Assembly: GCA_016342685.1 (NCBI GenBank)
Contig: JAEINU010000001.1
Coordinates: 1,034,920-1,098,919, forward strand
Direction of reading: 5' to 3'
Length of the DNA: 64,000 bases
DNA from: Bacteroidales bacterium
GTDB taxonomy: Bacteria; Bacteroidota; Bacteroidia; Bacteroidales; UBA12077
A model generated the notes under the pieces. That model was not told the origin of the DNA. It ran no database searches and saw only the letters and a program-made list of their open reading frames with translations. Below, piece after piece: positions 44,764 through 54,376 of the stretch. A program made the translations under genes and the position numbers. Each line of letters starts with the position of its first letter. Within the stretch, counting starts at the first letter, position 1.

Positions 44764-45138
44764 TTATAAATCTTTAATCCATTTTTGAGCCGTTGCTTGG
44801 CTGTTAAAATATTGAATACTTATGTTACCAATCTTATCTTTTTGACTGTTGGTTTGCTCCATTGAAACTTTTCCAAAAATATTATCTGGTACTATAAATG
44901 CCATATGGGAAACACCTATTTTATTTGCTTCAGGAAACCAAACTTCATTAATCCAGTCTTGAATACTTTGAGGCATTACTTTTAACCCTCTTGTATCGTA
45001 TAATAATTTTGTTTTACCACTGGTTTGAACTTTATTTAAAATGTTTTTAGCAAATTGCTTAAACTCATCTTCTTTGATGTAATTATCAAATACACAAAGA
45101 ATTGAATTGGTTCCATGATCAATAGTTAGATTTTCCAT
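44764..45138 (-). CDS. Small STAS/SpoIIAA-like fold protein (tentative)
   Basis: 124 aa. The pattern LLYDTRGLKVMPQSIQDWINEVWFPEANKIGVSHMAFIVPDN resembles STAS/DUF3478-type proteins. Weak call. Confidence 0.35.
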   Translation of the reverse strand: MENLTIDHGTNSILCVFDNYIKEDEFKQFAKNILNKVQTSGKTKLLYDTRGLKVMPQSIQDWINEVWFPEANKIGVSHMAFIVPDNIFGKVSMEQTNSQKDKIGNISIQYFNSQATAQKWIKDL

Positions 45139-45357
45139 TTTGAATATATTTAGAAGTTTAAAAATACATTTTGTATTACTTCTTTTATTAGAAATAATAC
45201 TTAGACTACAACTATTAATTCCGATTTATGTGAAAAGGTGACCCCCTTTCTTAAGGAAAATAAGAAGTATTTTTGTTTTTTCAATAAATTACTAGTAATG
45301 TGGTGATTAAATAATGGAAAGCTTAATTGAATTAGAAGCTATTCTAAATAAATTGAA

Positions 45358-47232
45358 TTATTTTCTTCTTTTTTTTCCTTTTGAACTCTTAGAATTGGAT
45401 ATTTTGCCGAAAAGATTTTCAATAATATCATCACGGTTGGCCTTCCTTAATTCTGAGATGATTTCGTTTCTAAATTCAGATTTATACCAAAAGAAGAATT
45501 TTCGTTGCGATAATTTCTCATTTTTGTTCTTAGCAACAGTTACTTTCTCCATAGTATATGGATTAATTCCAGAGTAATACATAACAGTAGCCAAAGTCAT
45601 TGGTGTGGGGGTAAAATCTTGTATTTGCTCGAGCTTAAAATTTAAATCTTTTGTTTCAACTGCCAATTCAGCCATATCAATATTTTTACAGCCTGGATGA
45701 CTCGAAATAAAGTAGGGTATTAGTTGCTGATTTAATTGATATTTCTTGTTTATTTGATCGTATATTTTTTTAAAATCATGAAACATTTTAAAATTAGGTT
45801 TTCGCATGATTTTTAGTACATCGTTCGATGTATGTTCTGGGGCAATTTTCAATCTGCCCGAAATATGATTTTTAATTAATTCATCGGCATAATCTAAATA
45901 ATCGGGATCGTTAAGTTTGTGCATAAATAAATCATAACGTATTCCGCTACCAACAAAAGCCTTTTTTATATCTTTATTATTATTTACTTCTTTGTAAATT
46001 TTGGTTAAAGGTTTCGGACTGGTATTTAGATTTTTACAAACATTAGGATGCAAACAAGATGCTCTTTTACAAGCTTTACACATTTCTAAATCAAGACCTT
46101 GCATTTTATACATATTAGCGGAAGGTCCTCCTAAATCGGAAATGTAGCCTTTAAAATCGTGCATGTTTACAACCTGATCAACTTCTTTTAAGATCGATCT
46201 TTCGGATCTGCTACTTATAAATTTTCCCTGATGAGCCGATATTGTGCAAAATGAACAAGCCCCAAAGCAACCACGATGCATTGTTATAGAATGTCGAATC
46301 ATTTCGTAAGCTGGAATAGGTTCTTTTTTAGCGTATTTTGGATGTGGAAGTCTTGTAAACGGCAAATTGTATACCGAATCCAATTCATTGCTCGAAATAG
46401 GCTCAAAGGGTGGATTAATTACAATACAATCTTTATTAAACTTTTGAATTAATCTTTTATTGCTTTGATATTTATTCGATTCTTCCTCAATTATTTTAAA
46501 GTTCTTGGCATATTTGATTTTATCCTTAAAGCATTCTTCATGGCTGTATAGCTCAAAATCTTCCCAATTCTTAATTTCAATCTTTAAATCTTGATTTGTT
46601 TTATATGATGTTTGTGGTATTGAATGAATTGAACTAAAAGGAATATTTTGTTCCATTGCCTTTACCAATTCTGATAAAGGTTTTTCGCCCATTCCATAAA
46701 TTAATAAATCGGCATTCGATTCAGCAAGGATGCTTGGTTTTAATTCATCAGACCAATAATCATAATGTGTTAATCGACGTAAAGAAGCTTCAACTCCTCC
46801 AATAACAACTGGTACTTCAGGAAATATGTCTTTTAGTATCTTTGAGTAGCAAATGGTTGTGTAGTCTGGTCTAAAACCAGCTTTTCCTCCAGGTGTATAG
46901 GCATCATTTGAACGTAAACGCTTGTTTGCTGTATAATGATTAACCATGGAATCCATACTTCCTGCTGTTACACCAAAGAATAGTCTAGGTTTTCCAAGTT
47001 TCTTAAAATCACGCAAATCGTCCTGCCAGTTAGGTTGTGGAACAATAGCAACTTTTAATCCGATCGACTCCAAAAGTCTTCCAATTACGGCTGGACCAAA
47101 TGATGGATGATCAATATAAGCATCTCCGCTAAAAAGAATGACATCTAATTCTGTCCAACCTCTTTTTTCAACTTCCTTTTTTGTAGTCGGAAGCCAATCA
47201 TTTAAACGATATGTATGCTCTTTGCCAGACAT
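45358..47232 (-). CDS. ygiQ: YgiQ-family radical SAM protein (UPF0313)
   Basis: N-terminus WLPTTKKEVEKRGWTELDVILFSGDAYIDHPSFGPAVIGRLLE, cluster motif CFGACSFC, basic C-terminal tail. Confidence 0.9.
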   Translation of the reverse strand: MSGKEHTYRLNDWLPTTKKEVEKRGWTELDVILFSGDAYIDHPSFGPAVIGRLLESIGLKVAIVPQPNWQDDLRDFKKLGKPRLFFGVTAGSMDSMVNHYTANKRLRSNDAYTPGGKAGFRPDYTTICYSKILKDIFPEVPVVIGGVEASLRRLTHYDYWSDELKPSILAESNADLLIYGMGEKPLSELVKAMEQNIPFSSIHSIPQTSYKTNQDLKIEIKNWEDFELYSHEECFKDKIKYAKNFKIIEEESNKYQSNKRLIQKFNKDCIVINPPFEPISSNELDSVYNLPFTRLPHPKYAKKEPIPAYEMIRHSITMHRGCFGACSFCTISAHQGKFISSRSERSILKEVDQVVNMHDFKGYISDLGGPSANMYKMQGLDLEMCKACKRASCLHPNVCKNLNTSPKPLTKIYKEVNNNKDIKKAFVGSGIRYDLFMHKLNDPDYLDYADELIKNHISGRLKIAPEHTSNDVLKIMRKPNFKMFHDFKKIYDQINKKYQLNQQLIPYFISSHPGCKNIDMAELAVETKDLNFKLEQIQDFTPTPMTLATVMYYSGINPYTMEKVTVAKNKNEKLSQRKFFFWYKSEFRNEIISELRKANRDDIIENLFGKISNSKSSKGKKRRK

Positions 47233-47269
47233 TTTGGTGCAGTTTTATTGAAATTAATTAAATGGTTTA

Positions 47270-48478
47270 TTATGGAATAAGTATAGAACTATCTCCATAA
47301 CTTAAAAATCGAAATTCATTGTCTAATGCAAAATCATAAACCTTCTTCCAATTATCACCAATAAAAGCTGCAATTAGAAGTAATAATGTACTTTTAGGTT
47401 GATGAAAATTAGTAATCAGGACATTAACCATTTTAAATACATATCCAGGGTATATCATAATTTGTGTAGATGCTTGAATTTCATCTAAATTCTTTTCCTC
47501 TAAATAGTTTAGTATTGCATTTAAAGCATCTGTTTTTTCAATGTCATTATTCAATTTATAGGCTTCCCACTGCGAAATATGAAAGTCTATTTCGCTTTGC
47601 TCAAGAAGTTTAACACCAAGCCAATACAAACTTTCAATTGTTCGTACAGATGTAGTTCCAACAGCAACTATTTTTTTCGATTTTAAAAGATTTTCGATTG
47701 TTTTTTTAGTGATTATAAAATGTTCGGTGTGCATTTCATGAGCGTCTATGGTTTCTGTTTTTACTGGTTTAAATGTACCTGCACCTACATGCAATGTAAC
47801 TTCTTCAATTGAAACCTTTTTTTCTTTCAGTTTTTCCAGAATTTGCTCAGTAAAATGCAATCCTGCAGTTGGTGCAGCAACAGAACCTTTTAATTTTGAG
47901 TATATTGTTTGGTATCTATCTTTATCAATATCTTCCGAATCACGATTTAAATATGGTGGGATAGGTGTTTCTCCTATATTTTCTAGTATTTCGCTAAAAC
48001 TAATATTTCTATTTTCCCAGGTAAATTCAATAATATGAGCATTACCTTCACCATATAACTTCGACGCTTTTAATTCTACTTCTATATTATTAACACTTAC
48101 TTTTTTTGTTAAACTACCCGACTTCCATTTTTTAAGATTTCCAATAATACATTTCCATGTAACGGAATGATTTTGTTGGAAAGCTAGAACATAATCCGAT
48201 GGTTCAATTGGTTCTAAACAAAAAATCTCAATTTTTGCACCTGTTCTTTTATGAAACTGCATTCTAGCCTGAATAACCTTCGTATTATTAAAAACAAAGC
48301 TAGTTTTTGAGTCTATATAATTATCCAGATTTGTAAAATTATCTTTTACTAGATTACCGTGATTATATACTAATAGATTCGATTGATCTCTTTTTTCTAA
48401 AGGATATTTTGCGATTTTTGAATCTGGTAATTCATAGCTAAAATCTTCAATTCTTATATTTTCTGGATTTATAGTCAT
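47270..48478 (-). CDS. queA: S-adenosylmethionine:tRNA ribosyltransferase-isomerase
   Basis: FSYELPDSKIAKYPL, PIPPYLNR, VAAPTAGLHFT, HVGAGTF, TNFHQPKSTLL. Confidence 0.9.
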   Translation of the reverse strand: MTINPENIRIEDFSYELPDSKIAKYPLEKRDQSNLLVYNHGNLVKDNFTNLDNYIDSKTSFVFNNTKVIQARMQFHKRTGAKIEIFCLEPIEPSDYVLAFQQNHSVTWKCIIGNLKKWKSGSLTKKVSVNNIEVELKASKLYGEGNAHIIEFTWENRNISFSEILENIGETPIPPYLNRDSEDIDKDRYQTIYSKLKGSVAAPTAGLHFTEQILEKLKEKKVSIEEVTLHVGAGTFKPVKTETIDAHEMHTEHFIITKKTIENLLKSKKIVAVGTTSVRTIESLYWLGVKLLEQSEIDFHISQWEAYKLNNDIEKTDALNAILNYLEEKNLDEIQASTQIMIYPGYVFKMVNVLITNFHQPKSTLLLLIAAFIGDNWKKVYDFALDNEFRFLSYGDSSILIP

Positions 48479-48508
48479 ATTTTTCCTATTTGAGAGTGTA
48501 AAATTAAC

Positions 48509-48516
48509 TAATTTTG
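48509..48516 (+). promoter_or_regulatory. -7 box TAATTTTG upstream of the Smr-domain gene
   Basis: TAnnTTTG match 29 nt before ATG 48546. Confidence 0.35.
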
Positions 48517-48545
48517 TCAGGATTTAATTATAAATATGAAATAGG

Positions 48546-49601
48546 ATGAATTTTAAAAAAGGTGATCAGGTAAAATTCTTAAATGATGTTGGGCAAGGAA
48601 CAATTGTTCGATTTCAAGATAAGAATTTAGCAGTTGTATTAAATGAGGATGATTTTGAAGTTCCAGTTTTAATGAGTGAGCTTCTTAAAATTGAAGGTGA
48701 TTATAGTTCTAGCAATAATACAGAGAATAATTCTAGTGATACTTCAGAAACAGCTATTTCAAAAAATGTTATTGCCCAAGAAAATGAAAATCTAGAAGAA
48801 GATGGTTTAAATACAGATTCTAAAGCAAGTGTATTTTTTGCAATAGTTCCTAAAAATCAAAAAGATCTTATTAATTCGGATTTAGATATCTATTTGATTA
48901 ATGACAGTAATTTCAGGGCTTTATATACAATTTCAAAATTAGAAAACGAATTTCAATCCTTATTTGCTTATGGAAATCTTGAAGATAATACTAAAGTGCA
49001 TTTAGGAATTATTAAAAGGGATGAACTGAATGATTTTGAAGAAATCAATTTCCAAGTTATGTTTTTTAGAAAAGGGAATTATTATCTTTTAAATCCTTTA
49101 AACAAGAAATGGAATGTAAAACCTGCTCGATTCTATAAACAAAATACTTTTACCGAAAATGATTTCTTTCACGAAAAAGCTTATATATATGAGTTAACAG
49201 CCGATGAAATTAATCTTTCTGATCATATTTCTGATTCAGATATCGAAAAATCAAAAAAGGAGAAAGAATATATAGAACCGAAGAAACAATTCAAAAGCAG
49301 TAAATCAGGTAAAAACCCTGAAATTGAAGAAGTTGATTTACATATTCAGGAGTTAATTAATAATCACGAAAGTTTATCAAATACTGAAATACTCGAAATT
49401 CAGATAAGTAGATTTGTAACGGCTCTCGACGGTGGAGTTATTGAAGGTACAAAAAGAATGGTATTTATTCACGGAATTGGTAATGGTCGATTAAAAAGAG
49501 AAATAGCAAAAACACTTGATCGTAAATATCCTAAATTAAAATATCAAGATGCTTCATTTAAAGAATATGGTTACGGTGCAACAATGGTAATTATCAAATA
49601 A
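48546..49601 (+). CDS. Smr-domain protein (DUF2027-type N-terminus + C-terminal Smr)
   Basis: C-terminal EVDLHIQEL...MVFIHGIGNGRLKREI (Smr). Confidence 0.8.
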   Translation: MNFKKGDQVKFLNDVGQGTIVRFQDKNLAVVLNEDDFEVPVLMSELLKIEGDYSSSNNTENNSSDTSETAISKNVIAQENENLEEDGLNTDSKASVFFAIVPKNQKDLINSDLDIYLINDSNFRALYTISKLENEFQSLFAYGNLEDNTKVHLGIIKRDELNDFEEINFQVMFFRKGNYYLLNPLNKKWNVKPARFYKQNTFTENDFFHEKAYIYELTADEINLSDHISDSDIEKSKKEKEYIEPKKQFKSSKSGKNPEIEEVDLHIQELINNHESLSNTEILEIQISRFVTALDGGVIEGTKRMVFIHGIGNGRLKREIAKTLDRKYPKLKYQDASFKEYGYGATMVIIK

Positions 49602-49609
49602 AAAAACTT

Positions 49610-49617
49610 TAAATTTG
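49610..49617 (+). promoter_or_regulatory. -7 box TAAATTTG for rnpB
   Basis: TAnnTTTG match ending 4 nt before the first base of the P1 helix. Confidence 0.45.
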
Positions 49618-49619
49618 CA

Positions 49620-49951
49620 GTGCAGTAGGCTGTTTCATCGCTTCAAGTTTTCGAAGAGGAAAGTCCGGGCAACACAGAGTACCAAACTCTCGAAAGGAGA
49701 GATATTCGTGAGGGTATAGTAACAGAGAAGAAAATAACCGCTTTAATTCGTTAAAGTAAGGGTGAGAAGGTGAGGTAAGAGCTCACCAGGATCAATAGCA
49801 ATATTGATTACTGTCTGTCTTTTGGGTTGCAAAACCACGTATACCAACAATTAAGAGCTACTCGCTCAATGTTGGGGGGTAGGTTGCGAAGATAAATGAT
49901 GAAAACTGTAATTCGTTACAGAACAGGACCCGGCTTATAGGCCTACTGCTT
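49620..49951 (+). ncRNA. rnpB: RNase P RNA, bacterial type A
   Basis: P1 pairing GCAGTAGGC (49622-49630) with GCCTACTGC (49941-49949). Universal GAGGAAAGTCCGGGC at 49656-49670, GGTAAGAGCTCACCAG, 3' ACAGAACAGGACCCGGCTTA, then a T-run. Confidence 0.95.
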
Positions 49952-50061
49952 TTTTATTGGAATTTTCTCTGAAATATCTTAAAATAATGATTTTAAATAT
50001 TTGCTTATCTGTTTATTAAATCTTTTATTTGCAAAAAAATATTAATTCAAAATAAATATTT

Positions 50062-50547
50062 ATGACAATTTCAAATGACAAAGTAGTTACTTTGGTATAT
50101 CAATTAAAAGTTGATGATAAGAATGGCGATATAGTTGAAACAGTTGAAAAAGATAAGCCTTTTGTATTTTTATACGGAGCAGGGTCTATGCTTCCTAAAT
50201 TTGAAGAAAATTTAAAGGAATTAAAAACCGGTGACAATTTTGAGTTTACATTGCAATGTGAAGATGCATATGGTCTTGCTAGCGAAGAAGCTGTAATGGA
50301 CTTACCAAAAAACACTTTCGAAGTTGAAGGTGAAACTGAAGAAGGATTATTAGAAGAAGGAAATGTAATTCCTATGCAAAATAACGAAGGTCAGAAATTT
50401 AATGGTGTTATAGTTGAAGTTAAAGATGATGCTGTAACAATGGATTTTAACCATCCTTTAGCAGGAGATAATTTATATTTTTCAGGTAATGTTATTGAAG
50501 TAAGAGAAGCTACAAAAGAAGAAATTGAGCACGGACACGTTCACTAA
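50062..50547 (+). CDS. slyD: FKBP-type peptidyl-prolyl cis-trans isomerase, SlyD-like
   Basis: VVTLVYQLKVDD...PFVFLYGAGSMLPKFEENL...DFNHPLAGDNLYF pattern with an insert-in-flap region. Confidence 0.85.
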   Translation: MTISNDKVVTLVYQLKVDDKNGDIVETVEKDKPFVFLYGAGSMLPKFEENLKELKTGDNFEFTLQCEDAYGLASEEAVMDLPKNTFEVEGETEEGLLEEGNVIPMQNNEGQKFNGVIVEVKDDAVTMDFNHPLAGDNLYFSGNVIEVREATKEEIEHGHVH

Positions 50548-50570
50548 AATTTCGGATTTTAAAATAAATG

Positions 50571-50606
50571 AAAGGATGTTAATACTTATTAACATCCTTT
50601 TTTTAT
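50571..50606 (+). terminator. Intrinsic terminator
   Basis: AAAGGATGTTAATA-ct-TATTAACATCCTTTTTTT. Confidence 0.8.
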
Positions 50607-50767
50607 GTAGTTATTGTTTGCAACTTTCAATATAGCAGATGTTTATAAAAAAAATTAATAATCTAGGAAGAGTAGTAATAATTTATAGATTTTATTATTT
50701 TTACGGAAATTAATTTATGGAATGATTTTTGAAAATAACTAATTTATAAACAACAAAAAACACAGAT

Positions 50768-51421
50768 ATGAAACGATTGATAATACTTTTAGCATTTATA
50801 TTACCACTAAGTTTTGCATCTAATGCACAAATAAAGTTTGGTGTTAAGGGTGGATTAACATCTACAAGTATTAAAACAGATGATTTAATTGATGCAGCAG
50901 GATCAGATGCGGGCTTTGATCAATTGGTTATAAAAGGAAAAAATTCTAAAGTTGGGTTTCAAGCTGGTATTTTTTCAAGAATCACCATTGCAAAAATTTA
51001 CATTCAACCTGAATTACTTTTTACATCAACCAGTGGTGAGGTAGAAGTTACTACTATTACTGGCGATAATAGTGTGTCTGAGATTAGAGAACAAAAATTT
51101 CGACAAATTGATTTCCCAATAATGTTAGGTTATAAAGCTGGTCCACTGCGTTTACAAGCAGGTCCTGTTGGAACAATTATGTTGAGTACAGATCCAGCGT
51201 TGGATATGTTCGATGATGTTAATGTAAAAGAAGAATTTAATGGCGCTACTTGGGGGTATCAGGTAGGTATTGGATTTGATATTTTAAAGAAAGTAACCAT
51301 TGATATTAAATACGAAGGAAATTTGAGCAAATTGGCTGATGGCGTTAAAATTGGAGACGATACATTAGATTTTGATTCAAGAAATAGTCAATTTGTAGCT
51401 AGTTTGGGTTTTTTCTTCTAA
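50768..51421 (+). CDS. Outer-membrane beta-barrel protein (porin-family, OMP_b-brl_2-like)
   Basis: Signal peptide ...SNAQ, alternating strands, C-terminal SLGFFF. Confidence 0.7.
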   Translation: MKRLIILLAFILPLSFASNAQIKFGVKGGLTSTSIKTDDLIDAAGSDAGFDQLVIKGKNSKVGFQAGIFSRITIAKIYIQPELLFTSTSGEVEVTTITGDNSVSEIREQKFRQIDFPIMLGYKAGPLRLQAGPVGTIMLSTDPALDMFDDVNVKEEFNGATWGYQVGIGFDILKKVTIDIKYEGNLSKLADGVKIGDDTLDFDSRNSQFVASLGFFF

Positions 51422-51444
51422 AAAGAAATAAAAGTTATAAACAG

Positions 51445-51476
51445 CCACTACTTTCCTATAAGTAGTGGTTTTTTTA
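51445..51476 (+). terminator. Intrinsic terminator
   Basis: CCACTACT-N8-AGTAGTGGTTTTTTT. Confidence 0.8.
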
Positions 51477-51682
51477 TGCATTCGAGAATTTTATCATCTT
51501 AATTGTTAATAAACTCATCATCAAAATATTACTGTTTGTCAAAACTTGTAGGCGATTTCATTGTTGTTTGAAAGAATTGCATAGCTTTGCATCCGTTTTT
51601 CTTATTATATTTTTAATAAGATTCAGATATACAGGTAATTAATTTGTATAGACTGATACTAGTAGGAACGAAAACAAAATTT

Positions 51683-53014
51683 ATGAAGATTATAAAAGTT
51701 TTAAGAATATCTTTTTTATTTATTTTAATATTTTTAGGCGAGATAGCCATTTCTTTTTCCGATAAATCATCCGTGGAAAAGGTAATTCCTTCAGAAGAGA
51801 AGAAACCAATATCCCTTAAATTAAGTAATAATTTATCTGCATATGAATCGATGCAAGGACTTGATCAACAGATTGAGACTTTTATGAAAAAGTGGAATAT
51901 TGTTGGAGCATCTGTAGCTGTTGTAAAAGACGAGCGATTGATTTATACTAAAGGATTTGGATTTGCCGACAAAGAAAATAATGTAAATGTCGAACCAAAG
52001 CATTTATTCAGAGTTGCAAGTGTTTCTAAGTTGATTACCGCAACTGCCATAATGAGGTTAGTTGAAGATGGTAAGTTGAGTTTAACGGATACCGTATTTG
52101 GGGCAAACGGAATTCTAAATCAAGAAGAATTTCTAAATTTTAAGGACCCAAGAATAAATACAATTACTCTCAAAAATTTATTAAACCATTCATCTGGATG
52201 GACAAATAAAAAAGGAGATCCAATGTTTCAAAACTTAGCAATAGCTAAGAAAATGGACAAGGAACTTCCTATTAATTCTGAAACTGTAATTCAGTATGTG
52301 CTTGAAAACAGAAAGTTAGATTATACCCCAGGGAAAAAATCTGTTTACTCAAATTTCGGTTATGCCGTTTTAGGTTTGATCATTGAGAAATCTACGAATT
52401 TATCTTATGAAGATTATGTAATTTCTCAAGTATTAAACCCTATAGGTATTTATGATATGCGCTTGGGAAAGTCTTTAGAACAAGACAAGTATGAAAATGA
52501 AGTAAAATATTACGGATTAAAGGGAGAACGCAATGTATTATCAAGTTTAGGTACTGGAGAAATGGTTCCTAAATACTACGGGGGAAATTCAATTGAGACA
52601 TTAGGTTCTGCTGGTGGATGGCTTGCTTCTCCAACTGAACTTATGAAATTAATTGTTGCAATTGATGGTTTCGATTTAAGAGAAGATATTTTATCGAATG
52701 AGTCAATTGTTGAAATGACAAAATCAAGTAAAAAAATTAGACCATTTGGTTGGACAGGAACAGATAAAAATGGTTATTGGTGGAGAACAGGGACACTATC
52801 CGGTACATCGGCATTAGTTAAGCGAGAAAAAAATGGAATTAGCTGGGTTTTGATAATTAATACATCTCCAAAATATGGAGCCCGTTTTCCAATCCAAATA
52901 AATAAAACAATCATTAGGGGATTAGCCACTGTTGATGATTGGCCTTCATACGATTTATTTGATTATTATGAACCAAGATATATAAACAGAGAGTTGTTTT
53001 TAACAACAAATTAA
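51683..53014 (+). CDS. Serine hydrolase, beta-lactamase (class C/esterase) family
   Basis: SxxK in RVASVSKLI and YxN in VYSNFGY. Start moved to ATG 51683. Confidence 0.85.
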   Translation: MKIIKVLRISFLFILIFLGEIAISFSDKSSVEKVIPSEEKKPISLKLSNNLSAYESMQGLDQQIETFMKKWNIVGASVAVVKDERLIYTKGFGFADKENNVNVEPKHLFRVASVSKLITATAIMRLVEDGKLSLTDTVFGANGILNQEEFLNFKDPRINTITLKNLLNHSSGWTNKKGDPMFQNLAIAKKMDKELPINSETVIQYVLENRKLDYTPGKKSVYSNFGYAVLGLIIEKSTNLSYEDYVISQVLNPIGIYDMRLGKSLEQDKYENEVKYYGLKGERNVLSSLGTGEMVPKYYGGNSIETLGSAGGWLASPTELMKLIVAIDGFDLREDILSNESIVEMTKSSKKIRPFGWTGTDKNGYWWRTGTLSGTSALVKREKNGISWVLIINTSPKYGARFPIQINKTIIRGLATVDDWPSYDLFDYYEPRYINRELFLTTN

Positions 53015-53020
53015 AAGCTT

Positions 53021-53050
53021 AAAGATCGGATAATATTCCGATCTTTTTCT
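53021..53050 (+). terminator. Intrinsic terminator
   Basis: AAAGATCGGA-taatat-TCCGATCTTTTTCTT. Confidence 0.8.
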
Positions 53051-53178
53051 TTAATAATAATTTCGAAAAGATATCTTTTATTATTATTATATTTGTTTTT
53101 ATATATTACATGTTTTATTGCAACATTGCTTATATACATACGTAATATGTAAATTATATCAATATTTAAACGCAAATA

Positions 53179-54366
53179 ATGATAAGAGAGATTTCTGAAA
53201 GAAAGAAAACAAAAGAGAGAATAGAGATATTAAAAGGAGTCGCAATATTTTCCGAATCAAATACTTTAATTCTAAAGCAATTAGCACATTCATTAACCGA
53301 AGTTGAAATTGACGCAAATGAAGAAGTGTTTCATAAAGGCGATCGTTTAAATGCCATGTACATTATTGTTGCCGGAAGTGTTGTTGTTCATGACGATGAG
53401 CATGTTTTTACAAAGTTTGGTGCAAATGATTTCTTTGGTGAATATTCATTAATAGATTCTTCGGATAGATCTGCAACTGTTACAGCCAAAGAAAGAACTC
53501 ATTTATTAAGATTAAATCAAGATGATTTCTTTAATATTATGGAAAATAATGTTGAAGTATCAAAAGCGATCCTTAAAGCATTAATAAAAAGATTACGTAA
53601 TAATAATGTACTCGAAGAACGATTAACAAAGAATCAAATAAAAATCGAAAATCAAAAAAAGGAACTCGAAGAATTAAATGCAACAAAAGACAAGTTTTTT
53701 ACAATAATTGCCCATGATTTAAAAAATCCTTTCAATACGGTTATAGGTTTAACAGAATTATTAATGGAGCGATATAATACCTATGATATATCGAAAATTA
53801 TAGAGTTTATTACTCAGATAAATAAATTTTCAAATAATGCTTATAATTTATTAGAAGATTTATTACAATGGGCTAAATCTCAAACCGGAAGAATGAAAGT
53901 TAAATCTGAAAAAGTTGATTTATTTGAGTTAATAATTGAAAATAAAAGTTTATTTGAAAATAAATCAATTAAAAAAGGAATTAAAGTAACTACGGAAGCA
54001 ATTCCTGAAGAGTATGCTTTAATAGATAGAAATATGGTATCAGCAGTTATCAGAAATCTATTGTCAAATGCATTAAAATTTACAAAAACAGGTGGCGAAA
54101 TTATTTTGAGAACTGAGAGAGAGGGTGAACATTATAATGTGCAAATATCCGATTCAGGAGTTGGGATTCCAGAAGAAAGTTTAATTAAAATTTTTAGAAT
54201 AGATTCTAATATAAGTACTTTAGGAACCGATGAAGAATCCGGTACGGGTTTGGGTTTAATATTATCAAAAGATTTTGTTGAAAAGAATAATGGTACAATT
54301 AGCGTATCTAGTAAAGAAGGTGTGGGAACAACATTTCAATTTACTGTGCCGGTTTATAATGATTAA
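53179..54366 (+). CDS. Cytoplasmic cyclic-nucleotide-binding-domain sensor histidine kinase
   Basis: cNMP-binding domain (GDRLNAMYIIVAGSV...FFGEYSLI...RSATV), H-box IIAHDLKNPFN, N-box LSNALKFT, G-box GTGLGL. No TM segment. Confidence 0.85.
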   Translation: MIREISERKKTKERIEILKGVAIFSESNTLILKQLAHSLTEVEIDANEEVFHKGDRLNAMYIIVAGSVVVHDDEHVFTKFGANDFFGEYSLIDSSDRSATVTAKERTHLLRLNQDDFFNIMENNVEVSKAILKALIKRLRNNNVLEERLTKNQIKIENQKKELEELNATKDKFFTIIAHDLKNPFNTVIGLTELLMERYNTYDISKIIEFITQINKFSNNAYNLLEDLLQWAKSQTGRMKVKSEKVDLFELIIENKSLFENKSIKKGIKVTTEAIPEEYALIDRNMVSAVIRNLLSNALKFTKTGGEIILRTEREGEHYNVQISDSGVGIPEESLIKIFRIDSNISTLGTDEESGTGLGLILSKDFVEKNNGTISVSSKEGVGTTFQFTVPVYND

Positions 54367-54376
54367 TATTTAAATA

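Noticed and set aside
45314-45577. 87-aa plus-strand ORF overlapping the 3' end of ygiQ
   Set aside because: It is mostly antisense to the basic tail of YgiQ, is low-complexity and has no motifs.
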